Position numbers and translations under genes: made by a program. A DNA stretch of 64,000 bases, from positions 1 through 64,000 of the forward strand of contig NW_027591308.1 in assembly GCF_964213995.1 (NCBI RefSeq), in the 5' to 3' direction. The DNA is from Mustelus asterias (lineage: Eukaryota). Each line of letters opens with the position of its first letter. Within the stretch, counting starts at the first letter, position 1. Shown here piece after piece: positions 11,640 through 24,150 of this stretch. The notes beneath the pieces are model-generated. The model did not search any database, was not told the origin of the DNA, and saw only the letters and a program-made list of their open reading frames with translations.

Positions 11640-11722
11640 TCCAGGAGCACCTGGAGAACGTGCAGACTCCGCACAGGCAGTCACCCAAGCCGAGAAACGA
11701 ACATGAGTCCCTGGTGCTATAA
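11640..11722 (-). mobile_element. HE1-type SINE, degenerate, lying between two parts of a family A element (about 11510-11555 and 11820-11880)
   Basis: GGAGAACGTGCAGACTCCGCACAGGCAGTCACCCAAGCCGAGAA; flanks contain CAGATTCCAGCATCC and TTTGATAAAGGGTCATCTGGACTC. Confidence 0.6.
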
Positions 11723-11959
11723 TGGTTGTCCACAGAGAGAATGTGGACAGCCATTAGCAGTCTTTTCCCCTGGTTTCTGTGGCTATGGCTCATCTTTAAT
11801 TCCCTCACCCTGCAGTATAAATATCTCCCACTTGCTATTTCTTTTTGCTTTGATAAAGGGTCATCTGGACTCAATATTGCAAATATCTCTGACATTAAGT
11901 GATGTCCATCTTTGTGCGGGGCAAACGTGCTCCATTTGGACAGAAGGTGAAGTGTCGGA

Positions 11960-12400
11960 ACAGATGTGCCGCTAAAAAAGATGACGACGATGTGGGGGCG
12001 GGGCTTTGGGCGGTGCCCGCAGAACGCTAAGGCGGTTGGGCTTGCACATCCGCATTGGAGCGGGAGTGTTTTGTTGACGGAAATACGCTGCTTCTTCTCT
12101 TGATCGGAATCAGATTTGAAAGGGGGGGACGGTTAACGGTCAGCGGCGTTGTCATGGCTGCAGGGGCGGGGCTTGACAACCGCGCGTGCTGGCACAAGCG
12201 GACCCTGAGCGGCACCAGCAGGTGCGGAGGCCGCGCGGGGAGCCGGGGTCTCGAGTAAGCGACAAGCCGGGTCAGCCCGCCTCTCCCGAGGGGACGCCAC
12301 CGCACACTGGCCCGGGGACGTGGCACCAACCCAAAACTTCCCAACCCCGGGTTTTTCGCGCCTCTTTTACCCCTCACCGAGCTCCTGATCACAAAGCAGC
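11960..12400 (+). promoter_or_regulatory. CpG-island-like promoter / first exon region of EMC4 copy
   Basis: Locally GC/CpG rich, GC boxes (GGGGCGGGG, GGGCGG) and ATTGG upstream of ATG 12154. Confidence 0.6.
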
Positions 12401-13346
12401 CCCTCAAATCCCCCAGAAACCACTCAGACCCCACTTGGCATCTTTTCCCCAGGTCATGACCCTGAGATGCCATCTTGGTTTCAGCCCCTCCACCTGATCA
12501 GGTGCCAACTGCGGTGGTGGTTGGAGGAACGATTGCTCGGTTCCAGGGCCGGGTGCTGAACTGGATCTCTCTCAATGTCCCGCAGTGTTTGTTTTCAAGA
12601 TACAATTTGGTACTTCTGGTGATTTGTCACTTTGTCCCTAAATGGAGGGCAAGCGGATTGGCACCCTGATTATCAATTCACACTAAATCCACTTCTGCAG
12701 CCCTTCATTCCCGTGGCAGTTCAGTGGACACAATGGCAGTGTGTGTCTGAGGTTTGCCCAAGCTTTAGTTCATGCTGGCACTATTGCCACCACGTTGGGG
12801 TCCTCAACAGAGAGACTCCCTCTTTAAAGAAGGTCTTGAAAGGGTGACCAACTTGTGTTTTCTGTTTCTCATAGGAGCCGTGATCAACAGTGTGGCCAGA
12901 GAGACTCCATGTGCCCAGTCGCATATTCGGACAAACAGCTACCGGACATCTGCATCCAAGAAACAGACAGGATCCTGGTCGAGAAAGTAAGTTGGATTTG
13001 AATGTGTCTTTAGTGTGTGGCTGACAACGCCCCTGGTTTGTCCACGGTGGTGAAGTACCTTGGTGAACCACAGCAGCCTGTGTGTTAAAGGGTTAATGGT
13101 CATCCTTACTTCCAGGCCTGGGTATAAGATCAGCATATGGCCTCCCCTAACCGGCCCCCTTCACTGATACCCTGCTCACTTTCTGTTTTCAGTCCTGCTG
13201 GGACACCGCCTTGGGCCCATTGAAACAGCTGCCCATGAATCTGTTCATCATGTACATGGCTGGCAACACCATCTCCATCCTCCCTATCATGATGGTGTGC
13301 ATGATGGCCTGGAGACCCATACAGGCCTTCATGTCCCTGTCTGCAA
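12154..13346 (+). pseudogene. EMC4: ER membrane protein complex subunit 4, exons 1-3 only (12154-12221, 12875-12986, 13193-13346); probably a partial duplicate
   Basis: Spliced frame ..[20 protein letters not shown]|[51 protein letters not shown]; GT-AG junctions in frame; substitutions at conserved sites; downstream exons not found. Confidence 0.88.
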
Positions 13347-13600
13347 GTGAGTATTGTTTTGAATCTACAGCTCAGAAACAGCTCTGAACCGACATCACTT
13401 GAGTGCAGCTTAGAATAGAGTTCTGGGAGTTGGGTAATTAACGGAGTTAGGGAAGGAAGGGAAAGAGGTGCCCTTTTGCTTTCTACCTTTCTCAGCATTT
13501 AGGAAGTGATCTTACTCTTCGACAGGAGAAGAAGCCAGATTTTTTGTGAGTATCTGCTAAGTAACTAAGATTTATTCTGTTCCTAAGGATCAAAATAGTA

Positions 13601-16600
13601 TAAGAACATAAGAACATAAGAAATAGGAGCAGGAGTAGGCCATCTAGCCCCTCGAGCCTGCCCCGCCATTCAATAAGATCATGGCTGATCTGACGTGGAT
13701 CAGTACCACTTACCCGCCTGATCCCCATAACCCTTAATTCCCTTACCGCTCAGGAATCCATCCATCCGCGCTTTAAACATATTCAGCGAGGTAGCCTCCA
13801 CCACCTCAGTGGGCAGAGAATTCCAGAGATTCACCACCCTCTGGGAGAAGAAGTTCCTCCTCAACTCTGTCTTAAACCGACCCCCCTTTATTTTGAGGCT
13901 GTGTCCTCTAGTTTTAACTTCCTTACTAAGTGGAAAGAATCTCTCCGCCTCCACCCTATCCAGCCCCCGCATTATCTTATAAGTCTCCATAAGATCCCCC
14001 CTCATCCTTCTAAACTCCAACGAGTACAAACCCAATCTCCTCAGCCTCTCCTCATAATCCAAACCCCTCATCTCCGGTATCAACCTGGTGAACCTTCTCT
14101 GCACTCCCTCCAATGCCAATATATCCTTCCTCATATAAGGGGACCAATACTGCACACAGTATTCCAGCTGCGGCCTCACCAATGCCCTGTACAGGTGCAT
14201 CAAGACATCCCTGCTTTTATATTCTATCCCCCTCGCAATATAGGCCAACATCCCATTTGCCTTCTTGATCACCTGTTGTACCTGCAGACTGGGCTTTTGC
14301 GTCTCATGCACAAGGACCCCCAGGTCCCTTTGCACGGTAGCATGTTTTAATTTGTTTCCATTGAGATAGTAATCCCATTTGTTATTATTTCCTCCAAAGT
14401 GTATAACCTCGCATTTCTCAACGTTATACTCCATTTGCCATATCCTCGCCCACTCACTCAGCCTGTCCAAATCTCTCTGCAGATCTTCTCCGTCCTCCAC
14501 ACGATTCACTTTTCCACTTATCTTTGTGTCGTCTGCAAACTTCGTTACCCTACACTCCGTCCCCTCCTCCAGATCATCTATATAAATGGTAAACAGTTAC
14601 GGCCCGAGTACCGATCCCTGCGGCACGCCACTAGTTACCTTCCTCCAACCGGAAAAACACCCATTTATTCCGACTCTTTGCTTCCTGTCGGATAGCCAGT
14701 CCCCAATCCACTTTAACACACTACCCCCAACTCCGTGTGCCCTAATCTTCTTCAGCAGCCTTTTATGGGGCACCTTATCAAACGCCTTTTGGAAATCCAA
14801 AAACACCGCATCCACCGGTTCTCCTCCATCAACCGCCCTAGTCACATCTTCATAAAAATCCAACATGTTCGTCAAGCACGACTTTCCCCTCATGAATCCA
14901 TGCTGCGTCTGATTGATCGAACCATTTCTATCCAGATGCCCTGCTATCTCCTCCTTAATAATGGATTCCAGCATTTTCCCTACTACAGACGTTAAGCTGA
15001 CCGGCCTATAGTTACCCGCCTTTTGTCTCCTTCCTTTTTTAAACAGCGGCGTAACATTAGCCGTTTTCCAATCAACCGGCACTACCCCAGAATGCAACGA
15101 GTTTTGATAAATAATCACTAACGCATCCACTATTACCTCTGACATTTCTTTCAATACCCTGGGATGCATTCCATCCGGACCCGGGGACTTGTCCACCTTC
15201 AGTCCCATTAGTCTACCCAGCACTGCCTCTCTGGTAACATTAATCGTATTAAGTATTTCTCCTGCTGCCAACCCTCTATCGTTAATATTTGGCAAACTAT
15301 TTGTGTCCTCCACCGTGAAGACCGACACAAAAAACTTATTTAAAGACTCAGCCATATCCTCATTTCCCACTATTAACTCCCCCCTCTCGTCCTCCAAGGG
15401 TCCAACATTCACTCTAGCCACTCTATTCCTTTTTATATATTTATAAAAACTTTTACTATCATTTTGTATATTAATTGCTAGCCTAGCTTCATAGTCTATC
15501 CTTCCTTTCTTTATCGCTTTCTTAGTCTCTCTTTGTTGTTTCTTAAATTTTTCCCAATCACTTGTTTCTCCACTATTTTTGGCCACTCTGTACGCAGCTG
15601 TTTTTATTTTAATACTCTCCTTTATTTCCTTCGTTATCCACGGCTGGTTCTCCCTTTTCTTACAATCCTTGTTTTTTGCTGGAATATATTTTTGCTGAGA
15701 ACTGAAAAGGATCTCCTTAAAAATCCTCCACTGTTCCTCAGCTATCCTACCTGCCAGCCTGCTCTCCCAGTCTACCTTAGCCAATTCATCCCTCATCCTA
15801 TCATATTTCCCTCTGTTCAAACAGAGGACACTGGTTTGAGACCAAACTTTCTCCTCTTCCATCTGAATCAGAAATTCGACCATATTGTGGTCACTAGACC
15901 CAAGAGGGTCCTTCACAATAAGATCCTTAATTCTACCTACCTCGTTACACAATACCAGATCCAAAATAGCTCGTTCCCTCGTCGGTTCCGTAACATGCTG
16001 TTCAAGGAAACTATCCCGACAGCATTCTAAGAACTCTTCCTCCATTCCACCATTACCGACTTGAGTCTGCCAGTCAATGTGCATGTTGAAGTCCCCCATG
16101 ATTATTGCCGTTCCGTTTTTACACGCATCCCTTATCTGCTTGTTTATAGCCCTCCCTACCTCAACATTATTATTTGGGGGCCTATATACCACACCTACTA
16201 GTATCTTTCTCCCTCTACTATTCCTCATCTCTACCCATAACGATTCCACGTTTTGTTCCTCAGAGCCTATGTCATCCCTCAGTACTACCCTGATATTATC
16301 TCTTATTAATAGCGCGACCCCACCACCTTTTCCTTCCTGTCTATTCTTCCTAAACGCCTGATACCCCTGGATATTCATCTCCCAGTCCTGGTCACCTTTC
16401 AGCCACGTTTCTGTAATGGCCACTAGATCGTACCCACTTGTGCTGATTTGCACCATCAACTCATTCACCTTGTTCCGAATGCTTCGTGCATTCAGGCAAA
16501 GTGTCCTTATTCCAGCTTTTATCTGAACCCGCTTTGATGAGTCGCGAACACCGTCTCCCTCTACTCCCTTATCTAAATTACCGCCTTCATTCACTTGCAC

Positions 16601-17390
16601 CCTCTCCTCTACCATTAATTTTGTAATTCCCCTTACCCCTGCATCCTCCCCCCCATCAATTAGTTCCTTGATCCTAGTCAACTCTTCTAGCTCCCCTCCC
16701 CCCAACCTATCTAGTTTAAATTCTCCCCAGTAGCCTTAGCCAACCTACCGGCCAGGATATTGGTCCCCGTGTGATTCAAGTTCCACCCGTTTTTTGTATA
16801 CAGATCACCCCTGCCCCTAAAGAGGTCCCAATGGTCCAGGAACCTGAATCCCTGCCCCCTGCACCAGTCCCTCAGCCACACATTCATCCTCCACCTCACT
16901 CCATTCCTGCCCTCACCTTCCCGTGGCACAGGCAGTAATCCTGAGATTACTACCTTTGCTTTCCTCTTTCTCAGCTGTCTCCCTAATTCCCTGTACTCCC
17001 TTTTCATGACCCCTTCTCCCTTCCTACCCACATCAGCGGTACCAATATGTACCGCTACCTCAGGCTCCTCTCCCTCCCACCTCAGGATTTCTGGGACGCG
17101 ACTAGCGACATCCTGGATCCCGGCCCCAGGGAGGCAGACCACCATGCGAGAATCCCGCCTACCTCCGCAGAAACGCCTGTCTGTCCCCTTCACCATCGAG
17201 TCCCCGATTACTACCGCCTTCCTCCTCTTTTCCTTAGCCCTCTGAGTTACAGGGCTGGACTCCACTGCGGAGACACGGCCACTGCTGCTTCCCCCAGGCG
17301 GGCTGTCCCCCCCAGCAGTACTCAAGCAGGAGTACTTGTTGTGCAGGGGCAAATCCACCGGGGTGCTCTCAACCACCCTAGCCTTACCCT
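13601..17390 (-). mobile_element. Young near-full-length CR1 LINE: ORF1 esterase-like C-terminal part (16711-17376) and ORF2 APE endonuclease + RT (about 16720-13700) with one premature stop at 14597
   Basis: VIGDSMVK (SGNH-like), LNARSIRNK / VAITETW / SDHN, FADDTK, (TTCTTATG)n tail. Confidence 0.97.
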
Positions 17391-17529
17391 TATAGCAACA
17401 GGTGGTAAGGTTAATAAAATACTTAAAAACAAAGATAAATTATCATTGGATAAAAGAAATAGTTTATTAGTACACATTCAAGCTGCAGCATTTGGGAGTT
17501 CCTGGGTGTCAGTTTGATCCAGGGCAAAC

Positions 17530-18280
17530 AGGCATAGAGGTTTACAGCATGGAAACAGACCCTTCGGCCCAACTTGTCCATGCCACCCTTTTTTTAAAAC
17601 CCCTGAGCTCGTCCCAATTGTCCACATTTCGTCCATATTCCTCTATACCCATTTTACTCATGTAACTGTCTAAATGCTTTTTAAAATACAAAATTGTACC
17701 CCCCTCTACTACTACCTCTGGCGGCTGGTTCCAGACACTCACCACCCTCTGCGCAAAACAATTGCCCCTCTGGACACTTTTCTAACTCTCCCCTCTCACC
17801 TTAAACCGATGCCCTCGAGTTTTAGACTCCCCTACCTTTGGGAAAAGATATTGACTATCTAGCTGACCTATGCCCCTCATTATTTTATAGACCTCTATAA
17901 CATCAACCTCAGCCTCCAAAGCTCCAGAGGAAAAATGCCCCAGTCTATCCAGCCTCTCCTTATAACTCAAACGATCAAGTCTGGTAGCATCCTAGTAAAT
18001 CTCTTCTGCACTCTTTCTAGTTTAATAATATCCTTTCTATAATAGGGTGACCAGAACTGTACATAGTATTCCAAGTGTGGCCTTACCAATGTCTTGTACA
18101 ACTTCAACAAGATGTCCCAACTCCTGTATTCAATGTTCTGACCAATGAAACCAAGCATGCCGAATGCCTTATTCTCCACTCTGTCCACCTGTGACTCCAC
18201 TTTCAAGGAGCTATGAACATGTACCCTTAGATCTCTTTGTGCTATAACTCTCCCCAACACCTACCATTAACTGAGTAAGT
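17530..18280 (-). mobile_element. CR1 LINE 3' fragment
   Basis: LYKTLVRPHLEYYVQFWSPYY, TRGHRFKV, 3' UTR GGGCCGAAGGG hairpin. Confidence 0.92.
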
Positions 18281-19395
18281 CAGACATAGAACATAGAACA
18301 GGCCCTTCGGCCCACGATGTTGTGCCGAGCTTTATCTGAAACAAAGATCAAGCTATCCCACTCCCTATCATCCTGGTGTGCTCCATGTGCCCGCTTAAAT
18401 GTTCCTAAAGTGTCTGACTCCACTATCACTGCAGGCAGTCCATTCCACACCCCAACCATTCTCTGCGTAAAGAACCTACCTCTGATATCCTTCCTATATA
18501 TCCCACCATGAACCCTATAGTTATGCCCCCTTGTCATACCTCCATCCACCCGAGGAAATAGTTTTTGAACCTTCACTCTATCTGTCCCCTTCATCATTTT
18601 ATAAACCTCTATAAAGTCTCCCCTCAACCTCCTCCGCTCCAGAGAGAACAGCCCAAGCTCCCTCGACCTTTCCTCAGAAGACTTACCCTTCAAACCAGGC
18701 AGCATCCTGGTAAATCTCCTCTGCACTCTTTCCAGCGCTTCCACATCCTTCTTATAGTGAGGAGACCAGAACTGCACACAATATTCCAAATGTGGTCTCA
18801 CCAAGGACCTGTACAGTTGCAGCATAACCCCACGGCTCTTAAACTCCAACCCCCTGTTAATAAAAGCTAACACACTATAGGCCTTCTTCACAGCTCTATC
18901 CATTTGAGTGGCAACGTTCAGAGATCTGTGGATATGGACCCCAAGATCTCTCTGTTCCTCCACAGTCTTCAGAACCCGACCGTTGACCCTGTAATCCACA
19001 TTTAAATTTGTCCTACCAAAATGAATCATCTCACATTTATCAGGGTTAAACTCCATCTGCCATTTTTCAGCCCAGCTTTGCATCCTATCTATGTCTCTTT
19101 GCAGCCTACAACAGCCCTCCACCTCATCCACTACTCCACCAATCTTGGTGTCTTCAGCAAATTTACTGATCCACCCTTCAGCCCCCTCCTCTCGGTCATT
19201 AATAAAAATCACAAATAGCAGAGGACCAAGCACTGATCCCTGTGGCACTCCGCTCGCAACCTGCCTCCAGTCCTAAAATTTTCCATTCACCACCACCCTC
19301 TGTCTTCGATCAGACAGCCAGATACCTATCCAATCGGCCAACTTTCCCTCTATCCCAACCCCCTTACTTTCATCATAAGCTGACCATGGGGGACA
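18281..19395 (-). mobile_element. CR1 LINE 3' fragment (same family as 33000-36218)
   Basis: [19 protein letters not shown]; same 3' UTR and TTCTATG tail. Confidence 0.95.
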
Positions 19396-19399
19396 TGGG

Positions 19400-20101
19400 G
19401 GACTTCATCCCACCTGCGCAGACACAAAGTCACTCACACGAATGAGACACTGTTTAAATGATCTGACTGTGGGAGCGGATTCAAAAGCTCTCAGGACCTG
19501 GTGTCCCACCAGCGCATTCACATTGAGGACAGACCGTTCAGCTGCTCTCACTGCACAAAGAGGTTTAAAAGGTCATCCAGCCTGTGGGAACATCAGCGAG
19601 TTCACACTGGGGAGAGACCATTCCCCTGCTCTGTGTGTGGGAAGGGATTCACTCAGTCATCCAGCCTGCAGAAACACAAAGCCACTCACTCCAAGGAGAG
19701 ACCCTTTAAATGCTCTTCTGAGAGGCCGGCTTCAGAAGCTCTCGGGAACTGATGATCCCCGAGCACATTCACACCGGGAGAGGCCGTTCAGCTGCTCTCA
19801 CTGTTGAAGGAGGTTTAGAATATCATCAACACTGCTGAAACACCAGTGAGTTCACACCGGGGAGAAACCATTCACCTGCTCGGTGTGTGCGAAAGGATTT
19901 ACTCGGTTATCCAGCCTGCCCAGACACAACATCATCACACCCAGGAGAGACCCTTTAAATGTGGGCGTGGCTTCAAAAGCTCTCGGGAACTAATGTCCCA
20001 CCAGTGAGTTCACACCAGGCAGAGGCTGGTCACCTGCTCTGACTGGGAAGGGATTCACTCAGTCAGCAAACTTGATGAAACACCAGTGAGTTCACAAGTG
20101 A
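19400..20101 (+). pseudogene. C2H2 zinc-finger array pseudogene (about 8 fingers), 5' end lost at CR1 junction
   Basis: [45 protein letters not shown]; several CGA>TGA stops and frameshifts. Confidence 0.9.
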
Positions 20102-20195
20102 TTACAGTTCTGGGATTATTCTTGTGAATCTTTCTTGCCCCTTCCCCAGTGCCTCTGTTTCCTTTTTCTAAATGGAGATCACTAATAGAACATTT

Positions 20196-20370
20196 GGGTG
20201 GCACGGTAGCACAGTGGTTAGCACTGCTGCTTCACAGCTCCAGGGACCTTGGTTTGATCCCGGCTCGGGTCACTGTCTGTGTGGAGTTTCCACATTCTCC
20301 TCGTGCCTGTGTGGGTTTCCTCCGGGTGCTCCGGTTTCCTCCCACAGTCCAAAGATGTGCGGGTTAGGTT
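20196..20370 (+). mobile_element. HE1-type SINE 5' part, fused directly to CR1
   Basis: GGGTGGCACGGTAGCACAGTGGTTAGCACTGCTGC...CAAAGATGTGCGGGTTAGGTTG. Confidence 0.9.
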
Positions 20371-22990
20371 GAATAGTAGAGGGAGAAAGACACTAGTAGG
20401 TGTGGTATATAGGCCCCCAAATAATAATGTTGAGGTAGGGAGGGCTATAAACAAGCAGATAAGGGATGCGTGTAAAAACGGAAGGGCAATAATCATGGAG
20501 GACTTCAACATACACATTGACTGGCAGACTCAAGTCGGTAAGGGTGGAATGGAGGAAGAGTTCTTAGAATGCTGTCGGGATAGTTTCCTTGAACAGCATG
20601 TTACGGAACCGACGAGGGAACGAGCTATTTTGGATCTGGTATTGTGTAACGAGGTAGGTAGAATTAAGGATCTTATTGTGAAGGACCCTCTTGGGTCTAG
20701 TGACCACAATATGGTCGAATTTCTGATTCAGATGGAAGAGGAGAAAGTTTGGTCCCAAACCAGTGTCCTCTGTTTGAACAGAGGGAAATATGATAGGATG
20801 AGGGATGAATTGGCTACGGTAGACTGGGAGAGCAGGCTGGCAGGTAGGATACCTGAGGAACAGTGGAGGATTTTTATGGAGATCCTTTTCAGTTCTCAGC
20901 AAAAATATATTCCAGCAAAAAACAAGGATTGTAAGAAAAGGGAGAACCAGCCGTGGATAACGAAGGAAATAAAGGAGAGTATTAAAATAAAAACAGCTGC
21001 GTACAGAGTGGCCAAAAATAGTGGAGAAACAAGTGATTGGGAAAAATTTAAGAAACAACAAAGAGAGACTAAGAAAGCGATAAAGAAAGGAAGGATAGAC
21101 TATGAAGCTAGGCTAGCAATTAATATAAAAAATGATAGTAAAAGTTTTTATAAATATATAAAAAGGAATAGAGTGGCTAGAGTGAATGTTGGACCCTTGG
21201 AGGACGAGAGGGGGGAGTTAATAGTGGGAAATGAGGATATGGCTGAGTCTTTAAATAAGTTTTTTGTGTCGGTCTTCACGGTGGAGGACACAAATAGTTT
21301 GCCAAATATTAACGATAGAGGGTTGGCAGCAGGAGAAATACTTAATACGATTAATGTTACCAGAGAGGCAGTGCTGGGTAGACTAATGGGACTGAAGGTG
21401 GACAAGTCCCCGGGTCCGGATGGAATGCATCCCAGGGTATTGAAAGAAATGTCAGAGGTAATAGTGGATGCGTTAGTGATTATTTATCAAAACTCGTTGC
21501 ATTCTGGGGTAGTGCCGGTTGATTGGAAAACGGCTAATGTTACGCCGCTGTTTAAAAAAGGAAGGAGACAAAAGGCGGGTAACTATAGGCCGGTGAGCTT
21601 AACGTCTGTAGTAGGGAAAATGCTGGAATCCATTATTAAAGAGGAGATAGCAGGGCCTCTGGATAGAAATGGTTCGATCAATCAGACGCAGCATGGATTC
21701 ATGAGGGGAAAGTCGTGCTTGACGAACATGTTGGATTTTTATGAAGATGTGACTAGGGCGGTTGATGGAGGAGAACCGGTGGATGCGGTGTTTTTAGATT
21801 TCCAAAAGGCGTTTGATAAGGTGCCCCATAAAAGACTGCTGAAGAAGATTAGGGCACACGGAGTTGGGGGTAGTGTGTTAAAGTGGATTGGGGACTGGCT
21901 ATCCGACAGGAAGCAAAGAGTCGGAATAAATGAGTGTTTTTCCGGTTGGAGGAAGGTAACTAGTGGCGTGCCGCAGGGATCGGTACTCGGGCCGCAACTA
22001 TTTAGCATTTATATAGATGATCTGGAGGAGGGGACGGAGTGTAGGGTAACGAAGTTTGCAGACGACACAAAGATAAGTGGAAAAGTGAATCGTGTGGAGG
22101 ACGGAGAAGATCTGCAGACAGGTTTGGACAGGCTGAGTGAGTGGGCGAGGATATGGCAAATGGAGTATAACGTTGATAAATGCGAGGTTATACACTTTGG
22201 AGGAAATAATAACAAATGGGATTACGATCTCAATGGAAAGAAATTAAAACATGCTACCGTGAAAAGGGACCTGGGGGTCCTTGTGCATGAGACGCAAAAG
22301 CCCAGTCTGCAGGTACAACAGGTGATCAAGAAGGCAAATGGGATGTTGGCCTATATTGCGAGGGGGATAGAATATAAAAGCAGGGATGTCTTGATGCACC
22401 TGTACAGGGCATTGGTGAGGCCGCAGCTGGAATACTGTGTGCAGTATTGGTCCCCTTATATGAGGAAGGATATATTGGCATTGGAGGGAGAGCAGAGAAG
22501 TTTCACCAGGTTGATACCGGAGATGAGGGGTTTGGATTATGAGGAGAGGCTGAGGAGATTGGGTTTGTACTCGTTGGAGTTTAGAAGGATGAGGGGGGAT
22601 CTTATGGAGACTTATAAGATAATGCGGGGGCTGGATAGGGTGGAGGCGGAGAGATTCTTTCCACTTAGTAAGGAAGTTAAAACTAGAGGACACAGCCTCA
22701 AAATAAAGGGGGGTCGGTTTAAGACAGAGTTGAGGAGGAACTTCTTCTCCCAGAGGGTGGTGAATCTCTGGAATTCTCTGCCCACTGAGGTGGTGGAGGC
22801 TACCTCGCTGAATATGTTTAAAGCGCGGATGGATGGATTCCTGATCGGTAAGGGAATTAAGGGTTATGGGGATCAGGCGGGTAAGTGGTACTGATCCACG
22901 TCAGATCAGCCATGATCTTATTGAATGGCGGGGCAGGCTCGAGGGGCTAGATGGCCTACTCCTGCTCCTATTTCTTATGTTCTTATGTTC
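20371..22990 (+). mobile_element. Young 5'-truncated CR1 LINE, open ORF2 (partial endonuclease + RT); near-identical inverted copy of 13601-16222
   Basis: ORF 20279-22894 nearly identical in translation to the minus-strand copy; TTCTTATG tail. Confidence 0.97.
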
Positions 22991-24150
22991 TCAGTGAAAC
23001 AGAGAATTACCGAAATGATAAAAAAATGAATCATTTCAGTGGCAGAGAAATTGACGTGTTCACGTAAATCAATCGCATAAGATTGATGGACTGGTGGTAA
23101 AAATAAGTAAAGAACTATTGGAACGTTAGGGGTTATCTGAAGATGGCTTGAAAATAACGCAATTAATGCAACACTTCAGTGAGATAAAACACTGCTTACA
23201 ACTCACCGGGACAACTGTGTTCAGGTCTGAGCCCAATAACTCACGGATGATGTACTGGCCTTGGTTATTGTGCAATACACAATACAATACACAATGATAT
23301 ATGATCTGAATTGTGGGTATTGGTCTCGAGAAACTTACATTTCAGTTAGTATCACAGGTCAGGAAACGTTGAAATTCAGAAAAAGAAAATTAAATGATTT
23401 AATAATGAGATTTTAAAAATGTCCGGCAGAGCTACGATCAAGGAGGAGAAAAAATGATATTAGAGCTAGCACAATAAGGTGTAATTTAACAATGGAATTG
23501 GGTTTGCAAATGTTTCCAAGAATCTGGGATTCTCAAAGCAAAAGCCTGCTGATTATTTTGAAAAATTAAAAAATGCCAAAACCTGAATACGTTTGTGTTT
23601 GGAATGTAAAAGCAAAGACGGTATATGTAGTTTTGATAATGGTCATTCATTATGTATTTGGCAGGAATGGAATGAATCGTACCGAATATGAAAAAAGTTT
23701 CGACAGAGTGGAAGGCCGCTTCCCACACATGTATTTATCTATTCTACGGAATCAGCGAAAGTCTGTGGCTCATCACACCATTCCTGGGCTTCGACTCCTC
23801 ATAAATTTAAAGCAGTTTTATTTAGGGTGGTCTGGACAGGACAGCAATCTCCCCTTCATATATATATGACCTGAGAATTCATGGATGGTTATTCTGGGGC
23901 AAACGTTGAATCGACATTACACGCGGCATAGTTTCAACGACAATTCAACGGTGAATAAAATATCTGCTCCATGGAGATAAATGACACCCTTTAACTGAAC
24001 ATGAAATTTCAATTGCAGGAAATAAGAACGTTGTTTCATGTTCGCACACATCGGCTGCTGGAGTTGGGCATGGCGTTACCCATAACACAAAGGACAGGGG
24101 GAGATATTGCGTTGTGAAATGAGTCCGAAATCAGCAGAGGTTGATGGCTT

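Noticed and set aside
10143-22693. Numerous 60-165 aa ORFs antisense to or out of frame with CR1 ORF2
   Set aside because: Shadow ORFs of LINE sequence; they recur only because the LINE copies recur
20279-22894. 871-aa ORF as a domesticated host gene
   Set aside because: Non-ATG start in SINE sequence; near-identical to another young LINE copy; endonuclease N-terminus missing
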